In this document: piece by piece, positions 1-11,443 of the stretch | Numbering within the stretch: position 1 is the stretch's first letter | Layout of the letters: every line of letters begins with the position of its first letter | DNA from: Takakia lepidozioides | Lineage: Eukaryota > Plantae > Bryophyta | Length of the DNA stretch: 64,000 bases | Direction: 5' to 3' | Assembly: GCA_030704615.1 (NCBI GenBank) | Contig: CM060731.1 | Location: 30,504,001 to 30,568,000, forward strand | The notes under the pieces: generated by a model | Told to the model about the DNA's origin: nothing | The model's input: only the letters and a program-made list of their open reading frames with translations | The model's database searches: none | Made by a program: the position numbers and the translations under genes

Positions 1-87
1 TCTTTTGCATGAGCATTGCCTTCTAGCAACTCTCCAGGCCAACTCACTGCACCTGTGAAGGCTGCTAGTGTTGGTATTTTTCCCGCT

Positions 88-1041
88 CACTACAGGAAAA
101 GGGGGGGGGTTTCGACGTCGTGGCCACGCCGCGACGTCGTCAAACAGCCCTTTTCGGGCCGGGGAAAAAACCAAATTTGTGTCGCCCGGGCGTCGCAAGC
201 CCGTCGCCAAAAAAACGTCGCAAATTTGCGACCAATGGGGGTCGCAAATATGCGAAACCACGATTTATGACGCCTGGGCATCGAAAAAAAACAAAAAACC
301 AACCTACTCTGCAATGAAGAATTAGCACCGTCCGAGGGTCGCAAAGTACGACGCCCGGACGTCACAATTTAAGGGGGTACATTTGAAATTAGGCAGAAAA
401 ATTTGAATTTCAAAAACTTGTTGACCATTGACTCCGGTTCTGTCTAATGACGATATGTTCATTGTTCTACATATATCATGCAATGCATACTTGAACGTAA
501 GACCTCCACGTTATAACATTTCTAAGACACTACAAACTAACCAACATACCTACGCTACATCTATGTATCACAAAAACAATATATATATATATATATACAT
601 ATAAAGATTTCCTTTAGGTTCTTTCAAGTTCATTCAAGTTTCTTCAAGTTTCTTCAAGTTCCTTCTAAGGGGGTCTCTCTTGTGACGCCGGGGAGTTACA
701 ACCTCCACAGCCTTAGTGCCCAGCCCCAGCATCGTCGCCGTTGTTGTACCCCCCCCACCGTCAGGCGCCCCGATGTCATTGTGTGGACCTAAGCTGACCA
801 CAACACCATTACAACCCCCTGTGGTGACGTTGTTGCGACCCCCTGACGTCGCAACGTTGGGCGTCCCAGCGCGGGGCGCCCCCAGCGACACTTTTGTGAA
901 GTTGAGGGCAGCAAAGCCTAAAAAATAAAAATAAAAATAAACAAACTCCCACTGTGGTGATGCTGTTGCGACGCCCTGGCGTCGCAGAGGCGCTGGGGCG
1001 CCCTTAGTGACGCTTTTGCGACGCCGAGGCGTCGCAACGTC

Positions 1042-1083
<42 letters not shown>

Positions 1084-1308
1084 ATTTTCGACGTCGAGGC
1101 GTCACAAGAAAAAAAATACGTCGTAGCAAGGGCCCTCTTTCCCCCTTCATGCCACATTACGACGGCTGGGTGTCGTAATTGTGTCGCAGCGGGGGATTGC
1201 GACGCCGAGGCGTCGCAAAAAAACGCCGCGAACTCGACGACGCGGGCTCAGCGCTGCGCAGCGCGTGGGGGCGTGGCTGACGTCGCAAACCCCCCATTTA
1301 CTGTAGTG
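88..1308. mobile_element. Non-autonomous CACTA (En/Spm) element
   Basis: Starts CACTACAGGAAAAGGGGGG and ends CCCCCCATTTACTGTAGTG. 3-bp TSD GCT on both sides (85-87, 1309-1311). CpG-rich CGTCG/CGACG subterminal repeats, no transposase. Termini match the large element at 31057-61218. Confidence 0.93.
1045..1081. repeat. (AT)n microsatellite
   Basis: Perfect AT dinucleotide run; a shorter run lies near 579-597. Confidence 0.95.
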
Positions 1309-1311
1309 GCT

Positions 1312-2763
1312 GGGCAATAGCAACATCCCCAATGAATGTCACATGAAGTTGCACACACCGGCCATCCTCTGTCTGCCATCTAGGCCTGTAAGAGGCTGAC
1401 TCCTCCCAAAAATCCAAGGTGAAGCCTATGGGGTACAACACTGCCCCACTAACAAGGACATTGTAAGAGACCGCGACTGTCACAATGACCTTGGCTTGCA
1501 TAACTGAGCCATCTGTAGGGTGATCCAGCTGTAGTCTAATGGCCAATTCACGTCGTGTCATGCCCCGTGCCTGCTCTGATCCTTCCAAAGATGTCTGTAT
1601 CTGGAAAGGACATGGCTCCATATCTGCCTCCGTGAGGCCCAAACCTGCAATAGCAGCTCTGCTCAGCATCAGTGACTGAGCTCCCGAGTCCAACAAGACC
1701 CGCAATGGCCGGTACCTCTTGCCTGCCGGTCTAGTCAAAGAGAAAATGTCATCCTGATTGTCTAACAAGACAAATGGACAGGTGTCACCATGGCGCGCTC
1801 AATGGCTGGCCTAGTTGGCAACTCCGTCAATTTAGCAGCTGCAGCTTGCCATGGCGGAGCCGTGGCAGTCGACCCTCAAATCCGAGGATCCCTCCGACAC
1901 AACACCTTCCACTAACTCCGCAGAAGATGAAGTGATTTCCCCACTTTCACAAAGTGTCGCCGCCAGTCTGAACACTTCAGCTGGTCGTACGCCTAGCGTT
2001 GCAATCATGGTCGCCGAAAACAATGGGGCTTGACACATAGATGTGGCTGCCCCCAATAGCACATTAGCTGCACTAGCCCTTGGCAGCAAGTGTCGGTGTT
2101 GCACGTGTAGCTCTCCCCAGTGGCACAATGACCTCCGCATCGGTATCCGTCGAACGAGAACTAGGTGCCATAGATGACGTCGACACTGTCTCCGCCAATG
2201 TGAATGATTGAGGCAGCCTGGCCTGACGACTTGCCTCCCTACGCTGTGGATCCAACTTCACCTCTACACCTCGTGGCTCATGAACTCGTGCTGCTCCTCG
2301 AGTCACAGCTGCAGCAGAATCTACATGTACAAGTGGTCCTCCGAGTGCTACCCCGCACATAAATCCCATGCCTCCATGCCTCCATGCCTCCCATGTCTCA
2401 TCTGTCAGAATGACGCTGCTGAGGAGGAACAAGAGGTGGACCCTCAGATCTTGGAGCTGGTACCACCTGAACTGTGGTCATGGCAGCAAGCTTTTGCTCT
2501 AGCTGTTGAAGCCAGTTAGCCATGCCTTGGTCAACGCCCTGACCTCCACGTCCTTGGCCATACTTTGCTTGCCCTCGTCCTACACCTCGTGTCTGACCAC
2601 CTCGTCCAATCTGATCAGGTGCTCCACTTCGCCCTTGGCCACTATTGTTCCCTTGGAACAGACCTCGCCGCAACTCAGGGTGCAAGTTATAACACTGGGC
2701 CTCTCCATGCCCATACTTGCCACAATGCCCGCACTGCAACTGTGCAGGCTGTGTGTCGCGCCC
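1312..2763 (-). mobile_element. Degenerate LTR-retrotransposon gag-protease remnant (Ty3/gypsy-like), interrupted by the CACTA at 88-1308
   Basis: CCHC zinc knuckle CGHCGKYGHGEAQC followed by a G/R-rich tract (ORF 2398-2967). Retropepsin active-site motif VLLDSGA in ORF 1298-1768. Reading frames are broken. Confidence 0.75.
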
Positions 2764-3020
2764 TTGGAGGAGGAGATCGAGGAATTTTCTCTCGTCCACC
2801 GCATTGAGAAGCTTGCCATAGCTTTTTGGACTCATCCGCACACACCCTGGGACGCATATGATGCACATCCGCATCACCAAGAACCTTTGGGTATGTGGCC
2901 ACTGCCACACTGCCACCAAGCTCATCTCAAAATATTGTTGGGCGAACAATTGTTGTGAGGGATGCAAGCCGCTTTCACCACTTCCAAGATGGGGCTGCTC
3001 TTGTAGGGATTTACTGGTGA
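2764..3020 (+). pseudogene. DYW (cytidine deaminase-like) domain fragment of a PPR RNA-editing factor
   Basis: Across frameshifts it reads EEEIEEFSLVHRIEKLAIAF-GLIRT..., [49 protein letters not shown]-stop. This matches the canonical HSEKLA...CxxCH...DYW C-terminus. Confidence 0.88.
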
Positions 3021-3394
3021 AACACTTTGGAACAGGATGTTCCCAGTATACATTTGAACTTAAAATATTCTTTTATGCCCAGGTATCTAAAGACTCTAGA
3101 TTCCCTCTCTTTCGTTTTATGTAATAACTATTTAAGTTTATATAGAATATTCATCTAGAGTTCAAGCATCCCTGGCGTCAAAGTGAGATGGTAGGAATGG
3201 GTCGTGCCTGATGGCTCTTGTCATCTTTTGCCGCAGCTACAAGCTATACAGGTACTGCATTGTGGCCGGTTCAAGTTGTGAAGGGAAGGAGCACCTTCAC
3301 ATCAGAAATTGACCGAGCTTCCGGATCAGCCGGTTGTTAGTTCTGTGATACCTGCCGGTTCCGGAGGCTGGATATGAATTCATATTTGAATATA

Positions 3395-3880
3395 CCGTCC
3401 CTGGACAACCGTTTAGGCGATAATTAATTCAAAATGAAAGTGCCTAATAAATTCTGTGAATTTTTCAGATTTTGGCCTAATTGTTGGGAAATTATGGGAC
3501 CAAAGTGCCTAATGCCCAAAAATTCCACCAAAAAACTTGCAAGCCTCTTCTCATGTTGTTTGTAATAAGATCAAAATTTCTTTGAACAAAAATCAATACA
3601 AATATATGCGTGCGGAAATAACTAGCCTACCAGCCTACCACACCTCAAGAGTACCATTATGTAAGAGGTTTCACCATGAACCAGCATACCAATTTGAAAA
3701 CCAGTGTACCCAATGACCAATTAAGAAAATAAATGTTTTCTCTTCTCATGTGCCTAATTCTAAAAAATTATAGCATGAAGATGCCTAATTTGAGAATTTG
3801 TTTTCAAAACATGCCTAATTTTTTGATTGATTGATTTTATTATTAGGTGCAAAAATGCCTAAACGGTTGTCCAGGGACAA
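3395..3880. mobile_element. MITE with 22-bp terminal inverted repeats (possibly Tc1/mariner type)
   Basis: GTCCCTGGACAACCGTTTAGGC (3397-3418) and its perfect reverse complement (3857-3878). AT-rich interior with repeated TGCCTAAT. TA on the left flank; right TSD degenerate. Confidence 0.75.
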
Positions 3881-4829
3881 TGGCTTTAGCCTGTCCGACA
3901 GCTGTTGTTTAATGTTGTGCTAATCTTTGCACTTAGCAAGCATTTCTTTTCTTTTTCTGGGTAGATGGTAGACAATATGTCTTAGGTTTAGATCAAGATT
4001 GCTTGCATCGTTCTTAGAGAAACAGACCTGCCTTTCAGATCTTGTAAAGTGGACCAAGACCTACATACCTGTCACCATATGGTGGACTACAACTGGGATT
4101 GAAAATTTGATGCCAACACAGCCATGGGTGGCGCCTTAGAGCAACGAAGATCCCTACTTAAGAAAACTGTGGAAAGTATTTTACATGTTATCTAAGGACC
4201 ACTGCGAAGGCAACTTGGCTTGGACTTCACATGATAGACATTGTTCGCACACTCACAACAAATACATACTAGTTATCAGTAGCACCTCTTCTTGTAGAAC
4301 GTGGATAGTCAGTTTCAAACAATCAAGACCAGGCTGAAAGCCACAAATCTCTCAAATGCATCTACTCAGTGCACAACCCAGATCTAGATGATATCTGACT
4401 GAAAAACCAGTGCAAAAACATGTATTGATAAGATGTCAACTTCCAATTCTGCAAACTCTGTTAGAGGACAATGGTCCTCATCTCTCTGATCCAACCATTA
4501 GTGTTGGGCTAGTTCAGACTGTGTATTCAAAACAATCTAATATCAATGGTCATTCTATGTACACTTTCAACTCACTCTTATACACAAATGGTCTGGCCAC
4601 TTGGCAACCACAAATCACAATGAAACCTAATCTAGATGAAGCTTTTCCTGGGAATTCGCTAGCTATGAGGTCCTTGAGTATAAATCATTGTATTTCTAGA
4701 TCGTCCAAAGGCAGAGATCATACTCCATCTATAGAGGGTCTTTGGCTGTATAATTCCCTCCTCAATACCTCACTATCTTCCGAGTATCTTCCCCGTCAAT
4801 ATTTGCTCATATCTCGAACGTTTGCACTC

Positions 4830-5220
4830 TCCCATACTCTATTTGTCTTATACTTATATTTGTATAGACTGAAGAAGTCATCTTCGCCAACCTCCAGATG
4901 CATGTCCCTATATTCCTTTAAAGTGTAGACATTACACTTGCGGGCGTATAGCATCCGCCTTGTTCAAATCAACGTGGTCCGACAACAGCAGCTCGTTCCT
5001 ACCATGATGAGCCTCTCGGCCCATGTAACAATCTTATGGTCGATAATACCAACGACATGCCACAATTACTTCTCCCGTAAGGGAATCCTCGAATATGTCA
5101 TCTATTTGAGCCACCCACAAAGGCCAACTCTCATGGGGAGGATACATCAACACATTGTCTCCAACGTTTATGACTTCACAAGTATCTTCCAGGAGGAAGT
5201 TCTCAATTGGTAAAAGCAAC
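4830..5220 (-). pseudogene. BAH-domain pseudogene (EBS/SHL-like BAH)
   Basis: INVGDNVLMYPP...WVAQIDDIF...VIVACRWYYRP*DCYMGREAHHGRNELLLSDHVD, then after a frameshift KCNVYTLKEY...VGEDDFFSLYKY. It follows the BAH consensus (WYYRPEE...E-LFLSDH-D...KC-V...DDFF), with a premature TAA at 5034-5036. Confidence 0.8.
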
Positions 5221-6986
5221 TTCATTTTTCCTACAAGCAAAAGCAAACCTAAGAGAAGATTTCTAATGTCCGACCTTGCTTTGATATCACTAGCACTCGG
5301 CGATGGTCTCGCAATGGTGACAGACTACTAGCTGCTTGCGATTCACCCACTAAGAGAGAGCAAGCGCAGATTAGAATGGGATTTGAGGAGATGTTCAACA
5401 AGTTTATATGGGAGCAACCTCTCTCTGAGTTCTCTGGAAATATTTGAGCTTTTTCCAACTTTTTGTTTCTTTGTCTAAATTTGCTCATTTCTGTTTTTGG
5501 AAAAAGGGAACAATCACCGTTGGGAAACTTAGTAAGGGTCAGGGTTAATTTGCAGGGCAAGAGTAAGTTCCAAGAAAGGATTGCCGTGATTGAATTCATG
5601 TTATGTAGCTGCTCCTGCAAAATGGTCACATTCGAGTTTCAACAGCAGTAGTGCACCCAACTGGCTTGACCATAATCGCAGCAGAAGGAGCCTACTTGTG
5701 TCGCGTTGGTTTGCTTTGCTGCTCTATTATAAATTTTTCCCTCGTCGTCTTGTGTATTGTCATCTTTTGTCGTATAAGTGCGGATTCTGGTTCCACAGGA
5801 GTGTAATCGACATTCTCTGCCTCCAGCTCGTTCAGTACGTGCTGTAACTCTGATGTGCTTATCATTTTCCCTTCCTTGAATGAGACAGAGAGATAGGTGC
5901 TTCGTTTACATTTCCAGGGTGAGAATTAGGCCATGGCTGGGGAATAAGTCCACGGAAATCTCACTGCAAAATCAAGAGGTACAAGAATTGATGCAAGAAT
6001 TGGTAGCTCACCTATAGCGTGGATGTAGAGGGATAGTCACCACTGTGTGACACACTGATGTGCTCTCCCCGGAGCATCGCAGAGCAAGAATAGCCCCTTA
6101 CACGGAGGGATTGATAAAGGCCAGAGAAAGATCGACTCATCGACCAAAATCTGCGGCCGAGGCTATGACGTTGAGGGCATAATGCCCAGGTAATATCGAC
6201 TATCCCGGAGTCTTTTGTGAGCCTTCTATCCGTCAGGGTATTGAAACTCAGCCAGAAACGCCGGTGGCTTGGGCACAGCTTACGACAATCCGGGTACAGT
6301 GAAGTGATTGCTGATGTAAGGGCTGGTACCCACGCAAAATGATCCAGCACTGTTCTAGCCATCAATCCAAGCTATGTGTTGGGCTGCGATTGCACATCAA
6401 GTTGAATAGTCACACTTGGGAATACCCGGGCCACACTCTCCCCTTTTTTAAGGTTTCACAGCAACTGGTAGCTTTTAGCTGGATAGTGCACGCATGGGCC
6501 ACCCAAGTGCTTCACAGTTGTATCAGTGTATAGGCCCGGATGCGGGTGTGTGAGACTCCAGGAATGGAGAGCAGCAGACATTGGAGGGCCTGTCTGAAAG
6601 GAGAGCAGCAGGGAGCGCATGGTGGTGCCGACTACCCACCTGCGCTCTGCGTACTTAACTTAAAGGAGGTATGGTGGCCTCTTTGCACCTGCGGTGAAAA
6701 CGTCCATTCTGCACCTCTAACACGTGCCAAGTTAGTGTAAGAGGGCCAACGGTGCTCGGCAATCCTAGTGGCCCATTTGCACCTTATTCATTTTAATGAC
6801 ATCACCGAATGAATCTGGGGTTGCCTTGTTCCGGTTTCCGGCTGGGGACGTGCAGGAGAGTTTCCCGGTAGTAGCGCCCCTAACCGGCCGGTTTTAGTCA
6901 CTTCCGGTAATCATTGCCTGCCGGACGCATTTCCCGGCAACGTTCCATGCCGGCATGTGATGACATGCGATGACATACATATAGTA

Positions 6987-7085
6987 CTAGAGAACGGGCC
7001 GTGTTTGGCCGATTCTGTCCTGTAAGCGGCCTTTGGGCGAGCCCTATGGCCGTGCACAGGACAGAGTCGGCCAACGCGGCCCGTT
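6987..7085 (-). mobile_element. Helitron-like 3' terminus (long GC-rich hairpin followed by CTAG|T)
   Basis: Near-perfect hairpin 6993-7085 centred on GGGC-GA-GCCC. On the minus strand it is followed by CTCTAG then T. Confidence 0.55.
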
Positions 7086-7249
7086 ACTGGCGTTGAAGGC
7101 AGGTGGTGGGTGTGGCGGATTCTCTCCGCTACGGGCGCTATATGATTGAGTTTTGCGGTATCCGTAAAAAAATCGATTGCCCAAATTCAGCGCTACGGGA
7201 GAGGATATTAAACGGGCGAGCCTCAGTGGATGGTGGATGGGTTGATGGC

Positions 7250-7749
7250 NNNNNNNNNNNNNNNNNNNNNNNNNNNNNNNNNNNNNNNNNNNNNNNNNNN
7301 NNNNNNNNNNNNNNNNNNNNNNNNNNNNNNNNNNNNNNNNNNNNNNNNNNNNNNNNNNNNNNNNNNNNNNNNNNNNNNNNNNNNNNNNNNNNNNNNNNNN
7401 NNNNNNNNNNNNNNNNNNNNNNNNNNNNNNNNNNNNNNNNNNNNNNNNNNNNNNNNNNNNNNNNNNNNNNNNNNNNNNNNNNNNNNNNNNNNNNNNNNNN
7501 NNNNNNNNNNNNNNNNNNNNNNNNNNNNNNNNNNNNNNNNNNNNNNNNNNNNNNNNNNNNNNNNNNNNNNNNNNNNNNNNNNNNNNNNNNNNNNNNNNNN
7601 NNNNNNNNNNNNNNNNNNNNNNNNNNNNNNNNNNNNNNNNNNNNNNNNNNNNNNNNNNNNNNNNNNNNNNNNNNNNNNNNNNNNNNNNNNNNNNNNNNNN
7701 NNNNNNNNNNNNNNNNNNNNNNNNNNNNNNNNNNNNNNNNNNNNNNNNN
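7250..7749. other. Assembly gap (500 N)
   Basis: Run of N; ORFs spanning it are artefacts. Confidence 1.
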
Positions 7750-7831
7750 ATGGCCGTGGCAAGTATCCTTCAATATCCCTCAATCAATCCTTCAAGAGCT
7801 CTTCAACATTGTCCACCAAAGCTCCTCGAAG

Positions 7832-7945
7832 GGTTCTCCAAGGACCCCAAAGATCCTCCAAACACTCCTCCAAGGACCCCAAAGATCCTCCAAATACTCC
7901 TCCAAGGGCCCTCAAATATCTTCCAAACAATCCTCCAAAGGCCCT
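7832..7945. repeat. Short tandem repeat (CTCCAAGGACCCCAAAGATCCTCCAAA-like, ~3 degenerate copies)
   Basis: Direct repeats visible in sequence. Confidence 0.8.
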
Positions 7946-7972
7946 TAAATTTCACTAAGTCCTTTCACTGTT

Positions 7973-8365
7973 GATACCTTAACAGAGGTATAGTCTGAGG
8001 TTGCTAGGGTCCCTTATGTTGATGATACCTTTACAGAGGTATAGTCTGAAATGAGGGTTCTGTTTGGTATACTAACAGAGGTATAGTCTGAGCTGATTAG
8101 GGTCCACATATGGTGATACCTCAACAGAGGTATAGTAAAAGGGACAAGCTCTTGTTTGGTATACTAACAGAGGTATAGTCTGAGCTGATTAGGGTTCACA
8201 TATGGTGATACCTCAATAGAGGTATAGTAAAATGGACAAGCTCATGTTTGGTATACTAACAGAGGTATAGTCTCACATTAGGGTTCACATATGGTGATAC
8301 CTCAACAGAGGTATAGTCAAAGGGACAAGCTCTGTTTGGTATACTAACAGAGGTATAGTCTGAGC
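7973..8365. repeat. Tandem array of 9 units sharing core (A)CAGAGGTATAGT, with alternating A/B units (~90-bp dimer)
   Basis: GATACCTCAACAGAGGTATAGT and GTATACTAACAGAGGTATAGT units alternate; the linkers repeat every second unit. Confidence 0.9.
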
Positions 8366-10686
8366 ATACACTACTAGGGTTTGTAATGAAGAGCTAGAAT
8401 GCAAGTCCTTGACTTCTATGCTTCTACTCAAGCAAAAATATGGTCTCTAGGTGGTCATAAGAGGCATCTTCTTGCTCTCTTCCACCCCAATGTGCAACCA
8501 AGAGTGGTCCAACTCAACTTGCAAGTCATTGTCCACCAAATCAATCCCCCTTCTAGTCCTTGGGATTTGATTGCAAACTACCATATCTCCATTGCCGAGC
8601 AATCATGCATTTGTCTCCTCATCACTTGACAATTGCTCCAAATCAACACAAATTATCTCAATGTGTAGGAGCAATGCTTGTCACTTACAATAATGCTCCC
8701 AAGCAATCCGCCTTGGATCCCACTCTCACGCCATATGCCTCATTTGGGGTCTTGCACCAATCCATCATCCATGTGCTCCCCGTGGTCATTTGAATGCATG
8801 TTTCATGACCTCTTGGCCTATGTGTTGCTCTCCTTCATCATAACATGAATCAACACCTCTCCACTTCACACACAAATGGATCTCAAAGGCCTTCACCTCT
8901 TGCTAGTTCAAGAGCTCCCCTTCTCAAACTTGAACTTACAAACTCAAGCGAGCATGCTCCACACATGCACCACTTGCTTGGTCAACTATCCACCACAAAG
9001 CTCGCACTACCAAGAGCATGAATAGCCAAGTATTGCCTCCCCCTCTTGTCACATTACATAGTTAGGGTGAAGCTATGCATACATTGAATGATGATTTCCC
9101 TTCAAGGATTTCCCACCACATGTTCTCCAAGCCCTTCCAATGGCACCCTAAGCTTGGCTCCACACCACCATGATTGGAAGATTTCTTCACATGCTCCCTT
9201 TCAAAACCTCTTGAGCTTCTTAGTGCTCTCCAAGTGCTTGCCCTTGTTGTCTTCAAGACCAAGCATATATAGCTCCTTGGCTTCTCTTCCACAACATCCA
9301 CACTTTGAACTTGCTTAACCCTAGCTTGATAGTGAAATGAGCACTAACAAGCCTTTAGTCACTCTCCACAAGCCATGGCGCACACCATCGACTCCATAAT
9401 GCATACAAAGGATTCTCAAACCCTAGAATCCATGCTTCCACACACACAAGACTTCCTCCTTACAATCCTTGCAAAATCTTGTGACTCAAGAGCTTTCTTC
9501 TCAAGCTCTCCAACTCCTTGGTGCATGCAATACTCGAGCACCTTTCCTTGCAACCCCTTGCAAGCCTTGTGATACAAGAGCTAAATTCTCCTAGCTCTCA
9601 ACCTTTTAAAATACAAGTGCAAAACTAATCCTTACACTCCGCACTCACAAGCATAAGGTGATCTTCTTGTAGTGATAAGAGATGAGAAATGAGAGAAGTG
9701 GAAGACAATGAAAGCTCTCAAAGCATGAAGCAATCACACTAAGAACAAGCCCTAGTCCTTCCAAGTGAAATCCACTCTATCACATAAACTAAGTCAAGCC
9801 AAGGGCACCTTTGCTAAGGGAATCCACCCTACAAAGCCCTCAACACACTCCCTCTCAATACCTAGAACTATGGAGATGAGAGAAGCTCATGGAGGCTCAA
9901 CTACAAGAAGATGAGCCTCCTCAACACTCACAAGGGGAAAACCTATCTCCATGTCTCAAGTGAGGCTCGACACCTCACTTGGCATGTGAGACCAAATGAA
10001 GTCCCAACACACAAAATATAAATATAAATATCTAAAATGTCCTAGTTAACTAGAAGTAGGTAATTCTAGATAACCATGACTAAAACCATGACAAACAGCT
10101 TTGGCAGTAGTTCTTCTCAGATCCTTCGGAGTAGTGGGACAATAGGTTTGATAAGGTGAAACTATCTTCATTTAGAACGGGAAATATCATCTCAGTTGGT
10201 ACAGAGACCCTGCAAGTCCAAAACTGACTGGATCAAATTTCTTATGAGTGGTCACTGAAAAATGGTACGATGATGTGTTGTGCGCTCAATTGTATGTTAA
10301 GTCGCATAAGCTAGTTGCTCTTGGCTAAAGCGGAAAGCAGAGTCCCAGTTAGTTGAGAGGTGTTGGAAGCTTCGAAGCAGTTATTAATCAAGAACCGTAC
10401 ATTCGTATGTATTATAGACCTATGAACCCTAATGTTTGTATCGCTTGACCTATGCTGCTGAATTTTATATGTAAAATTATCTATCTATCGCATTTACTCT
10501 CACCCGTCTTTGAGTTTGGAATTTTGGAAGATCGTGGTGTGAATATGGTGCTTTTAGGTTACTTTCTTATGCCTTCGTGGATGAACTTCGGGGCACCGCA
10601 CTGGTAATGTAAGGACCCAGGACGCTGAATATGGCAAATCCTGATCATATCCAATATAAACGCGCCAATCCAATATCGATTACGTA

Positions 10687-10788
10687 CTAGAGAACGCGCC
10701 GCATTATGGCTCCTAGTGAGTCACTAGGGCGAGCCCGGGAGAGCGAGACCTAGGGCGAACTAGGAGCCATAATGCACCCTAGGCGTTC
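10687..10788 (-). mobile_element. Second Helitron-like 3' terminus
   Basis: Same TACTAGAGAACG end and GGGCGAGCCC core as 6987. Perfect 17-bp stem GCATTATGGCTCCTAGT (10701-10717) / ACTAGGAGCCATAATGC (10759-10775). Confidence 0.5.
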
Positions 10789-11443
10789 CCTGGCGTAAAG
10801 GACTTTTGGGAGCAGATTCTGCGAGGCCCTGATTATGCAGGCCATAATGAGGCAATTAAAGTAAAACTGCCGATTAGGAGAGTCAAACAGCCGATTAGGA
10901 ACGCAGAAAGCGCCAGCGCCGTGGAGCTTCGATCTTCTGCATCCCAATTTGCCTCAAAAACGGCAGAATGTGCCCCCAAAATCCTTTACGATTCTTCATC
11001 AACTAGTTTGTGTCGTCGAAAACAGAGGTTTTCTTGTGCTTTCTCATCTCTCATTTCCAAGTGATGACGCTGGTTGTATGTTGTCATAGTAGGTCACCGC
11101 CAACATGTGAGGGCTCGGAAGACTCGGAAGGCTGCGTGACCAGTACCATGTGATCGCTCAACTCAGCTCAACACCACAACTCGCACTTGAGATACTTGTT
11201 GACCACCCCAATAGATGAGGACAAACCGAGCCTCCACATCCAAAGCATAAAGCTTTCAAAGAGTGAAGCACAGGAAGGGCAGGAGGGTTGGCTGACCACA
11301 TTTTATTCATAATAGAGGCAAAACCGGACGCCCGAACAAGATGTACCTGCGGAGTCTAACACATCGAAGGAGGTCGAGTCTCAAATCAAACTACAGAAAC
11401 TGGGAGCACAAGACAACTGGAAGTAAGAGCATCAGAGGCATTC

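Larger units (their letters stand above)
7750..10093 (-). mobile_element. Probable old LTR-retrotransposon LTR/UTR sequence
   Basis: CpG-poor, strand-skewed sequence with no credible ORF and internal tandem arrays. It ends abruptly at ...CATGACA (TGTCATG on the minus strand, LTR-like TG start). No second LTR is visible. Confidence 0.4.

Noticed and set aside
16-1332. Many short Arg/Pro-rich ORFs (also 31046-31928 and 60676-61242)
   Set aside because: They arise from GC-rich CACTA subterminal repeats that lack stop codons; no protein motifs.
2764-3020. Possible U-to-C (DYW:KP-type) editing domain
   Set aside because: The diagnostic N-terminal part is missing and the remnant ends in the standard DYW tripeptide; the subtype cannot be assigned.
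7103-7958. Long ORFs of 186-281 aa
   Set aside because: They are artefacts of translating through the 500-N gap.
7973-8365. CRISPR-like repeat/spacer appearance
   Set aside because: The 'spacers' are themselves repeated every second unit, there are no cas genes and the context is eukaryotic; it is a tandem repeat.
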